From Minisyncoccota bacterium (lineage in GTDB: Bacteria > Patescibacteriota > Minisyncoccia > Phycocordibacterales > XYD1-FULL-46-19), in the NCBI GenBank assembly GCA_041665625.1, contig JBAYIK010000001.1, forward strand, positions 196,341-260,340: a stretch of DNA of 64,000 nt. Direction: 5' to 3'. A program made the position numbers and the translations under genes. A model generated the notes under the pieces. The model worked only from the letters and a program-made list of their open reading frames with translations, was not told where the DNA came from and did not search any database. Of this stretch, positions 26,735-36,464 are shown piece by piece (position 1 is the stretch's first letter; each line of letters starts with the position of its first letter).

Positions 26735-27796
26735 TTAATCGTCTAAGCTTGGCTTTTCTATCAACTCCGGTTCAAAACCGGCCGAGGCACCCGTGACCCG
26801 CATTACGTCCTTGTCCACTTTCTTAAGCTCCTTATAGGCCAAATTATAGTGATTTACCGAGGTTCCCAGAGCATTCCCCAGCTTGGCCATATAGCCCTCA
26901 TAAGCCCCTATATGCTTGCCTAGCTCCTCGACCCTCTTACGTATCTCCTTGGCCGATTCTTCGATCTGGAGGGCTTTTAGGCCCTGTAGGACGGTCTGTA
27001 GATAGGCCAGGAAGCTCGTCGGGGAGACGATAATAACGTGATATTTAGAGGCGGCCCGCTGGATGAGATTCTCAGTATTCTCGTCCTGGAGGGCCCCAAT
27101 TTTGTTAATTAGAAGGTCATAATAAATGGCCTCGTGGGGGATGAACATGAAGGCAAACTCCATAGTCCCCTGGTCGGGCTGAACATATTTGGCCGTCTCG
27201 GTAATACGATTCTTGAGGTCATTCACAAAGACTTTCTCATACTTCTCTTTCTCAGTCTCATTCCTCTCCCCCACTATGCGATTATAATTTTCTAGAGAAA
27301 ACTTAGAGTCGATCGGGATTATTTTATCTTTGACAAAAACCACAGCATCAACAATGGTGCCATCAGAAAAAGGATATTGCATCTGATAAGAGCCCGGGGG
27401 CATAATATTCTTGAGCAAGGTCTCGAGATAATACTCCCCCACTATCCCGCGCTGTTTAGGATTTTTTAAAATATCTTGAAGTGATTGAAGTTGATCGGTG
27501 AAGTTAACAACTTGTTTATTGGTCTCTTCTAGCCTGACAAGTTTTTCTGTCACCTCTCGAGACAATCTAGAAAATTCATTAAACTGCGAGCGCACGTTCT
27601 CAGCGGACATTTTGTTAGTCTCGAGCAAACGACTGTCGATAGTTTTGGTAAGATTCTCAATCTGATTCTGCAAGAGCATCATCGCACTATTATCTTGAGG
27701 CTTAATTGTCTCCTTCTGTCCCAATAAACGCAAAGCAATAAAAGCCAGACTGAAGCCCGCGACGAGAGCAATAATGACAAAGATTATGGTGTTCAT
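26735..27796 (-). CDS. rmuC: DNA recombination protein RmuC
   Basis: NPKQRG..GE, IDSKF, FAFMFIPHE, VSPTS. Confidence 0.92.
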   Translation of the reverse strand: MNTIIFVIIALVAGFSLAFIALRLLGQKETIKPQDNSAMMLLQNQIENLTKTIDSRLLETNKMSAENVRSQFNEFSRLSREVTEKLVRLEETNKQVVNFTDQLQSLQDILKNPKQRGIVGEYYLETLLKNIMPPGSYQMQYPFSDGTIVDAVVFVKDKIIPIDSKFSLENYNRIVGERNETEKEKYEKVFVNDLKNRITETAKYVQPDQGTMEFAFMFIPHEAIYYDLLINKIGALQDENTENLIQRAASKYHVIIVSPTSFLAYLQTVLQGLKALQIEESAKEIRKRVEELGKHIGAYEGYMAKLGNALGTSVNHYNLAYKELKKVDKDVMRVTGASAGFEPELIEKPSLDD

Positions 27797-27861
27797 AATT
27801 TACATTGTAACAAAAATCTAATATAACTAAAGAGGATATAGACATCCAGAAAGGAGTAAGT

Positions 27862-28194
27862 ATGGCTGAAGATATCTGGGAATTCGACGCACCAAAGAAC
27901 CCCTTCAGGCCAGAAGTGGTCCTTGAGGTCTGCACTTGCGGTAAGTGTGGCAAATCTGGTGTCCCTGTTGGGAGGCTCATTGGGGATCCCGAGTCTCCAC
28001 CACTAGAAGTAAGCTTCTCAAGGCCAAGTGCCCGAGTAATGGCTAAGGGGCTCTGGGAAGCGGGAATGATCAACAAGCCCAACTACCTCTTCTTGCTTAG
28101 ACAGATTTCTCGGTCGGAGATGGCAGACAGACTCCTCGAGAGAGATGAAAAAAAGAGAGAGGAAAATCTCTCCGACTTCTGCGAGAAGGGTTAA
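27862..28194 (+). CDS. Orphan hypothetical protein with CxCxxC motif
   Basis: AAGGAG-5nt-ATG; TTTACA-17-TATAAC promoter; terminator CCGGTCGCACCC...GGGTGCGACCGG. Confidence 0.7.
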   Translation: MAEDIWEFDAPKNPFRPEVVLEVCTCGKCGKSGVPVGRLIGDPESPPLEVSFSRPSARVMAKGLWEAGMINKPNYLFLLRQISRSEMADRLLERDEKKREENLSDFCEKG

Positions 28195-28231
28195 CCGGTC
28201 GCACCCACAAAGGGTGCGACCGGATTATTTT

Positions 28232-28981
28232 TTACTGACGAAGATCTTTATTAACCTTAGTATAGGGTCGGCCAAAAATAATTGGCCAGAGATAATTAAT
28301 ACCATAACGCAAAGCAATGCGAATTGTTCCTTCAGTTTTAAGACGACGACCAGAGGTCTCCATCGGGAGACTAAAAGTCCATTTTACTTTACCAACTTTC
28401 TCAATCCTCATCGCGACATCAGTCTCCTCACCATAGAAATCAAATAAATCGACACGGTAGCCACCAATGGCTTCGAGAGCCGTCCGACGAAGAATAAAAT
28501 TCCCGCCTTGTAGCATCGCCCCTTTTTTAAAAAATAATTGATCAAACCAAACGACGGCTAAACCGATAGCGTAAAAAAACTTGGAGAGAAAATTAACCGC
28601 TGGAGATAAGTCATAATAAATATAGGGGCCAGAGAGAGCGACTAGTTTAGAATCATTCTCAAACTCCATTAAGACTTTAGCGACCCAGCCCACTGGCAAC
28701 TGACTGTCAGCATCGATGTTGCCAATGAGTTCTCCGGTCGAATTAACAAAACCGGCCTGACGGGCTCGCACCAAACCTTTTCTTTCCTCGTCAACAACAT
28801 TAACAAAAGGAAAACCTAGGGCAATTTCTTTGGTTCTATCCGTACTCGCATTATTAACAACAACAACTTCAACGACATCCTCATAACCCTTAATTCCCTG
28901 CTCAACGTACCCAAGGCAGTGAGCGAGCCCGGCCTCTTCGTTATAAGCCGGAATAACAATACTTAATTTTTTATTGGCCAT
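28232..28981 (-). CDS. Glycosyltransferase family 2
   Basis: SIVIPAYNEE, NNASTDRT, IDAD, GEETD, TSGRR. Confidence 0.93.
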   Translation of the reverse strand: MANKKLSIVIPAYNEEAGLAHCLGYVEQGIKGYEDVVEVVVVNNASTDRTKEIALGFPFVNVVDEERKGLVRARQAGFVNSTGELIGNIDADSQLPVGWVAKVLMEFENDSKLVALSGPYIYYDLSPAVNFLSKFFYAIGLAVVWFDQLFFKKGAMLQGGNFILRRTALEAIGGYRVDLFDFYGEETDVAMRIEKVGKVKWTFSLPMETSGRRLKTEGTIRIALRYGINYLWPIIFGRPYTKVNKDLRQ

Positions 28982-30134
28982 GATATTTATTAATAACTTC
29001 TTGATATATCTCTTCCCATTGTTCACAAATGGCTTGAGGAGAATAACGAAGGGCCACGAGTCGTCCGGCCAAACCTAATTGTAGACCAAGTTCAGGATTC
29101 TTCAATAAGTTTTTAATTCGCTCGGCCATTAGTTCATAATCATCAACAGGCACTAAGTAGCCCGTCTCCCCTTCGCTGACATATTCAGGCAAAGCTCGAG
29201 CGTTAACCCCAACAACCGGTATACCACAAGCCATCGCCTGAAGAGCCACCATGCTCTGAGTCTCCGCAGGGCTAGCAATCGCAAAAACATCGGAGGACTG
29301 AAAAAGTTTAGCTAATTCTGGTTTACTCAAAGTTCCGACAAACACCACATTGTCCTCTAGCCCTAACTCCGAGATTAATTTCCGCCACTTAGACTCCTCA
29401 GCACCATGACCGGCTAGCGCCAGAGCGACATTAGGAATTTCCTCTTTGACCAGAGCAATCGCCCGTAAAATAATCTCAACCCTTTTCTCTAAGGCAAAGC
29501 GGCCAGCAAAAGAAACAACCGGGCGACCAGCCAAGCCAAAAAATTCTTTTAATTTTTCTTTAGCCTCGAAGTTCGGCTTGAAGGTCTCTGTATCAATCGG
29601 ATTAGAAATTGGATGAGAAGATTTACCAAAACCATGTTTGGTCATCTCAGTCAGGACTGTTTGGGATGGAGCGGTAAGATGCTCCCCGCGGTTATAAAAC
29701 CAAGCATCGTAACGTGAACCAATACTTCCTAAGAGTTTAGGGGCAAAGGGGCTATAACAAGTGAACTCTGAGACGATACTATGATTAGTTCCAATCATTG
29801 GAAGCTTAAGTAAACGCGCCGCGAGAAGAGATTCGAGCCCCATACTCGCGATGGTGTGAGTATGGATAATATCTGGTCGATTCTCACGAAGAAGTCTCCA
29901 ACCTTTGCCTGTCGGATAAGCCAGTCGCGCCGGAATAGAAATTGGTAAACGTAAAGAAGGGAAACGATGAATAAAAACATTCTCACCCAAATCAATTTCT
30001 TCGGTTGGGATATGGGGAACATAAATATCAACCCGATGTCCACGCGCGCCAAGTGACGAAGCCATCAAAGCAATCGAATCTTCAACTCCGCCCAAGTGAG
30101 GATAGAAAGTATCAGCAAAGATGGCAATTTTCAT
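28971..30134 (-). CDS. Glycosyltransferase family 4 (glycolipid synthase-like)
   Basis: MKIAIFADTFYP..GGV, GRF..EK, ETQSMVALQAMACG. Confidence 0.93.
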   Translation of the reverse strand: MKIAIFADTFYPHLGGVEDSIALMASSLGARGHRVDIYVPHIPTEEIDLGENVFIHRFPSLRLPISIPARLAYPTGKGWRLLRENRPDIIHTHTIASMGLESLLAARLLKLPMIGTNHSIVSEFTCYSPFAPKLLGSIGSRYDAWFYNRGEHLTAPSQTVLTEMTKHGFGKSSHPISNPIDTETFKPNFEAKEKLKEFFGLAGRPVVSFAGRFALEKRVEIILRAIALVKEEIPNVALALAGHGAEESKWRKLISELGLEDNVVFVGTLSKPELAKLFQSSDVFAIASPAETQSMVALQAMACGIPVVGVNARALPEYVSEGETGYLVPVDDYELMAERIKNLLKNPELGLQLGLAGRLVALRYSPQAICEQWEEIYQEVINKYHGQ

Positions 30135-30141
30135 ATAAAAA

Positions 30142-30732
30142 TTATTTCTCTTCAATCTTACGACTTTTGCGCCAATAGTAGAAAGAGACAGCCGCCAAAA
30201 TCGCCAAGGCGACAGACATAAGCGCTCCAGCGTAATCAAGATAAACAACGAACTTCTGGTAAGCATCCCCGATGAAGTAGCCAATGGTCATGAGAACCGC
30301 CGTCTTAATAACTTCAATAGTGATGCCATAACGTAAGAATTTATAAAAACTATATTTGGCGAGCCCCGCCCCGGTCAATACTGCCGCCGCGGCAATGTGA
30401 GGAGTAATCTTAGCAGTCAACAAAATCTTGCCACCGTGATTATCGAAATGATTTTTTAATTTTATTGTCTGTTCGAGATCAAGCCTCAGCCAATGGCCCC
30501 ATTTCTTGATCAAAGGGGGTCCACCCCAATAGCCAACAGCGTAATAGATAGCGTCGCCCAAAATATTGGCAAAGATTAAAATAAAATAGGCAACAAAAAA
30601 ATTGAAGATACCTAAAGCCGAGAACCAGCCACAAATCACCGCAATAACAGGTCCTTCAACAAAAGCGATAGGAAAAACCAATAAATAACCGTAAGTCTTA
30701 AGGAGAACAATGGCTTGGGCAATGGTGAACAT
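30142..30732 (-). CDS. DedA/VTT family membrane protein
   Basis: EGP, GD..YY..GY.GG, ILLTAK.TP. Confidence 0.88.
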   Translation of the reverse strand: MFTIAQAIVLLKTYGYLLVFPIAFVEGPVIAVICGWFSALGIFNFFVAYFILIFANILGDAIYYAVGYWGGPPLIKKWGHWLRLDLEQTIKLKNHFDNHGGKILLTAKITPHIAAAAVLTGAGLAKYSFYKFLRYGITIEVIKTAVLMTIGYFIGDAYQKFVVYLDYAGALMSVALAILAAVSFYYWRKSRKIEEK

Positions 30733-30773
30733 TCTAAAATGATAGCACGAATCGAGATCCTTAAAAATATACC

Positions 30774-31925
30774 TTATATATTAGAAGGTGAAAATACCGC
30801 ATACAAGAAAGGATAGCTGTCGGTATTTATCGAATCTATCGTCGATATTTCGGTTAGCACTTTGCATTCATCAATATCTACTACAACCATTTTGCCGGCT
30901 TCTTCTTCAAGTTTAGATGTCGCTTTTTTTACTATCAAGATTGAGGGAAGATTGATAGGCCACAACGTATCGTTTGGCTCGACGGGATTACCAATAATTA
31001 GATTCGGGCATACCAATGTTTGGTTATCTGTCCTATAAAATTTGGTCCTTCCAAACATATAACTTTGGTTATAATTAGCAATATATTTTCCATCGGGTGA
31101 GACACTAAAACTTTTACCATTATCGATTGGAATGTCGTATGAGCTAATCTTGAAGTCTGGAAGATTGACTGATTTTAGGGATTTATTTGTATCATACTTT
31201 GTATATGCATTTTCTGTATAAAAGTATTTATTGTCCCTTGTCCAACCTATTTTGGATACATTGAGACTATCACCAAATTCCTCGAATGCTTCATTTTTTA
31301 TCATCTTACCAACTTCGATCTTTTTTTGACTTAAGCTATCTCTAATAACAAGGCTGTTACTATTTTTATATACAACATATCTATGATCAAATGACCAACT
31401 TGGAGGATCCACAGAAACAGGGCCTTCAAATCTAAAAACTTCATTTTTAACATCTGAAGCTATTAATTTTGATTGAGGATTAGAAAAATTGCCAATATAC
31501 AATTTCCCATCAAGTATATAACTAAATTCATTGTTATTAATCCATACTAATGGACTTGCTCCTCTTTTGTATGAAGTTCCTGATGAAGTAATGGTTACTG
31601 TGACCTTATTTGTTTCAACATCCCTTATCTCAACCATCTCTCCACCGTTTACCAAATATGATATATATTTACTATCAGGAGACCAATTTATATCCGTATA
31701 TGCTTTGTCCCCAGGCATAATTAAGTCTCTTTTTTCGGAAGAATTCACAACAACAAGGGATACTCCCGTTTTACCATAATCAAATTTCCCAATAGTTCCA
31801 TCACGGTCAAAGTTTAATCGCGAGTAAATAATATATTTACCATTAGGAGACCACCTCGGGCTTAAAATACTTTCATTGTCGGCCTCTACTAATTTCTTAG
31901 TGCTACCCTCTTTGTCGACGATGGA
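30774..31925 (-). pseudogene. TolB/PD40-type beta-propeller protein, apparently 5'-truncated
   Basis: Repeated WSPNG/WSPDS/SVSPDG motifs; frame stays open upstream of 31748 to ~31940 with no start codon or signal peptide. Confidence 0.6.
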
Positions 31926-32526
31926 AGTAGTACTCGGGGTTAATCACACGCGGGACTGCGTCGGCCAGGCAGGTCGCTCCCCAGACCACGCAGATGAAAC
32001 CCACAACATAAGGGATGAATACGGCGGTAAAGCCTCTCCACCCACTCTCCGAGAAAAGGTTCTGGCTGTCGAAGATTGACTCTCCCTTTTCGCATTTCCA
32101 CTTTCTCCTGACGACCGACGAGAAGACGACCGCCACAAGGAACAGAGTCCATGGCACGATCAACTCGCTGATCGCCGCCGCGTATTGCTGCTTGACGAAG
32201 ATCTTCCAAATCTGCGGCGACACCTTCTCGAGTGTCACAGAGATGGAGCTCACCAACTGGGTGACCATGTCGAGCGCCCGATCGGCGACTCTGGACATGT
32301 CCACGCTTGGCTTTTCGAGGCTGTTTGGATCCGTCTTGGCCGGCGCGGCCTTTGGCGTCTCCACCCCGAACAATCCGACCAGAGACTGAAGCTGGGCCTG
32401 AGCCGTCGCCTTCTCAGCCGGTGTGAACACCTTCTGCGAGGTATCGATGGGGGCCTCTTGCGCCATCGAAACGACGGGGACGCAGAGGAACGACAGGACG
32501 ACTGCCAACAAAACGAGCTTATGCAT
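31903..32526 (-). CDS. GC-rich exported/membrane orphan protein, possibly 3'-truncated
   Basis: Signal peptide MHKLVLLAVV...MAQE; TTGACA-17-TATAGT promoter (32617-32589); ends INPEYY plus short tail. Confidence 0.7.
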   Translation of the reverse strand: MHKLVLLAVVLSFLCVPVVSMAQEAPIDTSQKVFTPAEKATAQAQLQSLVGLFGVETPKAAPAKTDPNSLEKPSVDMSRVADRALDMVTQLVSSISVTLEKVSPQIWKIFVKQQYAAAISELIVPWTLFLVAVVFSSVVRRKWKCEKGESIFDSQNLFSESGWRGFTAVFIPYVVGFICVVWGATCLADAVPRVINPEYYFHRRQRG

Positions 32527-32622
32527 TGAACGGTTTCCTTCTTCCGATTGTAAGACCGACACCATGTCGGTCATCATTTCTGGTTCATACTATATAGATT
32601 AATATTGATTCTGTCAAGACTG

Positions 32623-32676
32623 TGACCTCACGGGATCTCCCTCGACTAAAACAAAGCAGTTTGCTCTCTTGAGGCC
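32623..32676 (-). other. tRNA-Glu acceptor-stem duplicate (tRNA remnant or mimic)
   Basis: Starts GGCCTCA and ends CCCGTGAGGTCA like the tRNA; 15-bp direct repeat 32620-32634 = 32722-32736. Confidence 0.6.
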
Positions 32677-32724
32677 ACAAATAAAAATGGCCCGCTAAAG
32701 AAAGCGGGCTCATTTTTATATCTG

Positions 32725-32796
32725 TGACCTCACGGGGAATCGAACCCCGATTACCGCCTTGAGAAGGCGATGTCCTAACCGTTAGACGATGAGGCC
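32725..32796 (-). tRNA. tRNA-Glu (anticodon CTC), CCA not encoded
   Basis: GGCCTCA/TGAGGTC acceptor stem, anticodon arm TCGCC-TTCTCAA-GGCGG, T-loop GTTCGATTC. Confidence 0.95.
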
Positions 32797-32872
32797 AAAT
32801 TTTTACCCTAAAATCATAACATCTAAGGCCCTTTTGGGCAATATTTTGGCAGAGTTTTTATAAGGATATTTA

Positions 32873-32902
32873 CTTGACATTATGTCAAGCCTATGCTATA
32901 CT
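32873..32902 (+). promoter_or_regulatory. Consensus promoter overlapped by perfect palindrome CTTGACAT-T-ATGTCAAG
   Basis: TTGACA (32874-32879) -17- TATACT (32897-32902) with extended -10 TG. Confidence 0.7.
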
Positions 32903-32959
32903 CTAGAAAGGTAGAGGGACGTGGGCGATTTTGCCCAATCCCAACAAGGAGAAACCAAG

Positions 32960-33070
32960 ATGATGACCACATTGCTCTTTCTGTGCTGGACCCTGATCAT
33001 GTCGCTGGTCGTTTACGTCAGCATCAAGGGGCCCGAGAAGCTCGCCATCCACATCATCGGCGAGTACTAA
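32960..33070 (+). CDS. 36-aa single-TM microprotein MMTTLLFLCWTLIMSLVVYVSIKGPEKLAIHIIGEY
   Basis: AAGGAG SD, consensus promoter, GC hairpin terminator ~33093-33132. Confidence 0.65.
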   Translation: MMTTLLFLCWTLIMSLVVYVSIKGPEKLAIHIIGEY

Positions 33071-33140
33071 CCCGGGGGCAATAGCCCTAAAACCCCTCCC
33101 CTCGGCTTCGGCTGGCGGGAGGGCTTCTTATTTTAGAAAA

Positions 33141-34445
33141 TTATCTTTTCTTCCACTCAGCATCCTGACGGACCAAAAGTTTTTCTTTAAGTTCAGGGTG
33201 GAACATTATCTCTTCAACCACCTTCTCCATCCTCACCGATTGCGAACCTTTAACAAAGATGACGTCCCCCGCTTTTATCTTGCTCTGCAAGAATTGACCA
33301 GCTTCGACAGAATCATCAAAATGCTTTATTTTTTTCTCAGAGAATTTTTTCTCGAGCATCGCTTCATCAATAAATTTAGACCGCAAGCCAACCGTGATCG
33401 CCAAGTCACAAATCTCCGCCGCTTGATAACCTATTTTTTTATGTGCCTCGACGGTCATCCCACCGAGCTGCATCATGTCACCCATCACAGCAATTTTACG
33501 GCCTTCATTTTTAAAACTTTCTAGAGCGGTGAGCCCTGCCGACATCGCCGCTGGCGAGGCATTGTAGGTATCATCCAAAATTACCGTTCCCTTAATCCCT
33601 TCAATAAGACGCAAGCGTCCAGGAGGGGGCAGATAACTAGCCAGAGAATCCACCATCTCAACCATATTAAGGCCAAGCTTATCCCCTACTGAGAGAGCGG
33701 CAAGAACGGGATAAATTTGATGGGAACCAATGACCCCGGGAATTTTTACTTCTAGTTCTTTCCCATTATGATAAAGTTTGAAAGAGAGGCCCGCTGGTAA
33801 TTCTTGACCATTTTTTATTTCATAAAAAGTCTCACCCAAACTCGAACGATAATCAGCTGAATCATTCTGACCATAAGTAAAGATCTCAGCTTTGATATCT
33901 AAGACAAATTTGAGAGCGTTCCCGTCATCGGCATTCAAGAGAACGAAGCCATCAAGAGGAACCGACTTCGGTAAAAGCATTTTCTCGTTGATGACCTCAT
34001 CCTTAGACTTAAAGAATTCCATATGCACCGGCACCTCGGGCAAGAGAGTAGTCACCGCTACATCGAACTTAACCCATTTCAATATATCTTTAATCTCGCC
34101 GGGATACTCTAACCCCACCTCTAGCACGAGCCATTTGGGATAAGCTCGAGTCCCAAACAATTGACGCAGACCATAAATCATAATCTCCAACCAGCCAAAA
34201 GGATCATTCCAAGCAGACTGGCAGCCAAGGATAGTAAGAGGGATACCAATATCACCGTTATAACTTTTCTCACTCTTACGGACAGAAAAACCGCCAGCGG
34301 AGAGGACACGGTAAATGGCATCCTTAGTTGAAGTCTTCCCGACACTACCGGTCACTCCAATAATTTTGGGGTGATATTTGTTAAGAAGCATCTTCGCTTC
34401 CCACTGAAGAATCTTAGCAATTGTGGTTTTTAGGACTTTTTTCAT
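33141..34445 (-). CDS. murF: UDP-MurNAc-tripeptide--D-Ala-D-Ala ligase
   Basis: GVTGSVGKTSTK, DDTYNASP, GDM.QLG, VKGSQ. Confidence 0.92.
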   Translation of the reverse strand: MKKVLKTTIAKILQWEAKMLLNKYHPKIIGVTGSVGKTSTKDAIYRVLSAGGFSVRKSEKSYNGDIGIPLTILGCQSAWNDPFGWLEIMIYGLRQLFGTRAYPKWLVLEVGLEYPGEIKDILKWVKFDVAVTTLLPEVPVHMEFFKSKDEVINEKMLLPKSVPLDGFVLLNADDGNALKFVLDIKAEIFTYGQNDSADYRSSLGETFYEIKNGQELPAGLSFKLYHNGKELEVKIPGVIGSHQIYPVLAALSVGDKLGLNMVEMVDSLASYLPPPGRLRLIEGIKGTVILDDTYNASPAAMSAGLTALESFKNEGRKIAVMGDMMQLGGMTVEAHKKIGYQAAEICDLAITVGLRSKFIDEAMLEKKFSEKKIKHFDDSVEAGQFLQSKIKAGDVIFVKGSQSVRMEKVVEEIMFHPELKEKLLVRQDAEWKKR

Positions 34446-34447
34446 AA

Positions 34448-36151
34448 TTAACGGTCGGGGGCTACTTGATAATAGTTTAGCAGAAAACGGGAGGTGTTAA
34501 CAAATGGGGTTGTTAAAGTCTCAGAGGAAAACTGAGCCCCTTTAGGATTAACAATAAAAATAAAAACGAGGAAGCGTGGATTATAAGCCGGGAAATAACC
34601 AAAGAAAGAATGGAGGAAGCGATCCTCAAAGTACTTACCATTAGCCGGATTAGCAATTTGAGCGGTCCCCGTCTTCGCCGCAATGCTATAACGCTCCATC
34701 TTAACCTTCGGCATCTTCTCATCAACAACAACCGACAGCATTCGACTAATTTCTTCGCTCGTCTCCTTCTTAATTACCTGGCGAACAATCTTTGACTCGA
34801 ATTTCTGAGTTATCTTATTTTGATAATCGATTTCCTTAACCACATGGGGGGTCACTAGATAACCGCCATTACCAAGAACCGAGAGGGCCCGGACCAAACT
34901 GAGAGGTGTCACGGCAATGCCCTGGCCAAAAGAGGCCGTCGCATAATCAACCAAACGCGGACTCTTAAGATTCTTCATCAAATTTGTGGCTTCTCCCGGC
35001 AAATCAACTCCGGTTGGTTCATTAAAACCATAAGCGTTAAAATATTGACGGAAACGGTCTTGACCTAATTGTTGGGTAACAAAAGATGCTCCACAATTAA
35101 GCGATTGATTGAGAACTTCTTGCATCGGGATAACTCCGCGGGCCTTATCATCATAATTACAAATTTTCTTTTTGTTTAGAGTAATACAGCCCTTATCATT
35201 ATAAGTGGTCTTGGCCGTAACAACCCCAGTATCAAGACCGGCGGCCATGGTCAGCGGTTTAAAGATTGAACCAAGTTCATAAACCCCTTCAACTAGCGGG
35301 TTGGTTAAGACTCCGAGATCGGTAACCTTACCCCCCGGGTCAAAATTAGGCCAAGCGGCCATCGCGATGATCTCCCCCGTTTTAGGGTCGATAATAATAC
35401 CGCCAATTTTGTCACCCTGCCATTCTTCTTCGGCCTTCATTAATTCGCCTTCAAAGAACTTCTGAGCTACGGGCTCTAGTGTTGTAACAATATTCCCTTC
35501 CGCCGAAGCGGCCTTCCCTGACAGGGAGCTCCCGATACCAGAGAATATCTCGACAAAGAAATTGGCAAAGGACATCTCCGACTGACGCGACAGAACTTTT
35601 TCATATTGCCGTTCCAAACCATAACGACCAACGAGATCGTCCCCTTTATACCCAACCAAGCCTACAACTTGCGAGGCCGAATTACCAAAAGGATAGGACC
35701 GAAGTTTTTGTTTATAAATAGTAACACCCTTAATACCTAGCGCCTTAATCGCCTCGGCTTTACCTGGCTCAACCTTGGTGGCAATCTCCTTATAACTACT
35801 AGATGAATTCACCGTCCACTTAGACCAGTCGCCTGGATCAAGAGGAATAATTGAATTTAACTTGAGATAGGTGCTTGAAGCTTGGCTAGCCAGTAAACGA
35901 GGATTAATTGTAACAAGATAAGCAGTCTTCATCCCCGCCAGAGCGAAGAGTGAGCCATCCTTCTTTTGAGCCAATATGCTTCCCCGATTACCCAAGTCAG
36001 TACTCGGTCTAAGGTACTGCCGATCACCTTTGTCACGATAGTACTCAGATTTCACTACTTGAATAAAGAAAAGACGAACCAAACACAAAGCCGCCATCAA
36101 GAGAAAGATGACAACCAAGAAACTTATTCGCCCCCGAGGATTAGATTTCAT
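34448..36151 (-). CDS. ftsI: Class B penicillin-binding protein (FtsI-like)
   Basis: GSIFK (SxxK), SLN, KTGTAQ; located in the mraZ-rsmH-ftsL operon. Confidence 0.88.
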   Translation of the reverse strand: MKSNPRGRISFLVVIFLLMAALCLVRLFFIQVVKSEYYRDKGDRQYLRPSTDLGNRGSILAQKKDGSLFALAGMKTAYLVTINPRLLASQASSTYLKLNSIIPLDPGDWSKWTVNSSSSYKEIATKVEPGKAEAIKALGIKGVTIYKQKLRSYPFGNSASQVVGLVGYKGDDLVGRYGLERQYEKVLSRQSEMSFANFFVEIFSGIGSSLSGKAASAEGNIVTTLEPVAQKFFEGELMKAEEEWQGDKIGGIIIDPKTGEIIAMAAWPNFDPGGKVTDLGVLTNPLVEGVYELGSIFKPLTMAAGLDTGVVTAKTTYNDKGCITLNKKKICNYDDKARGVIPMQEVLNQSLNCGASFVTQQLGQDRFRQYFNAYGFNEPTGVDLPGEATNLMKNLKSPRLVDYATASFGQGIAVTPLSLVRALSVLGNGGYLVTPHVVKEIDYQNKITQKFESKIVRQVIKKETSEEISRMLSVVVDEKMPKVKMERYSIAAKTGTAQIANPANGKYFEDRFLHSFFGYFPAYNPRFLVFIFIVNPKGAQFSSETLTTPFVNTSRFLLNYYQVAPDR

Positions 36152-36464
36152 TATTAGAAGCTAATAGGCCAAGAGGTTCGTTACGGGTGGCAAAACTCGC
36201 GCTATTGGCGGCATCAACATAACCCAACTTCTTAACCAGCTCCAAATTAACAACGCTCATCTGGCCAAGATAATTGGCTTCAAGGGCTGAGACCTCGGCA
36301 TCGAGCTGAACAATTTTTTCTTCACTATCCCGACGAGCCGCGACTGAGGAAACAGAACTACTGAGAAAATAAAGATAAGTGCCCACCATAAAAACCAGGC
36401 CAACAATAATTATCCATTTAGTTTTATTTTCCCAATTTTTCATTTTATTTACAAATTTTTTCAA
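36141..36464 (-). CDS. FtsL-like cell division protein
   Basis: TM helix plus coiled coil, between rsmH and ftsI. Confidence 0.65.
   Translation of the reverse strand: MKKFVNKMKNWENKTKWIIIVGLVFMVGTYLYFLSSSVSSVAARRDSEEKIVQLDAEVSALEANYLGQMSVVNLELVKKLGYVDAANSASFATRNEPLGLLASNNEI

Noticed and set aside
32893-33084. 63-aa ORF from the ORF track
   Set aside because: Starts within the promoter and has no SD; the overlapping 36-aa SD-led frame is better supported
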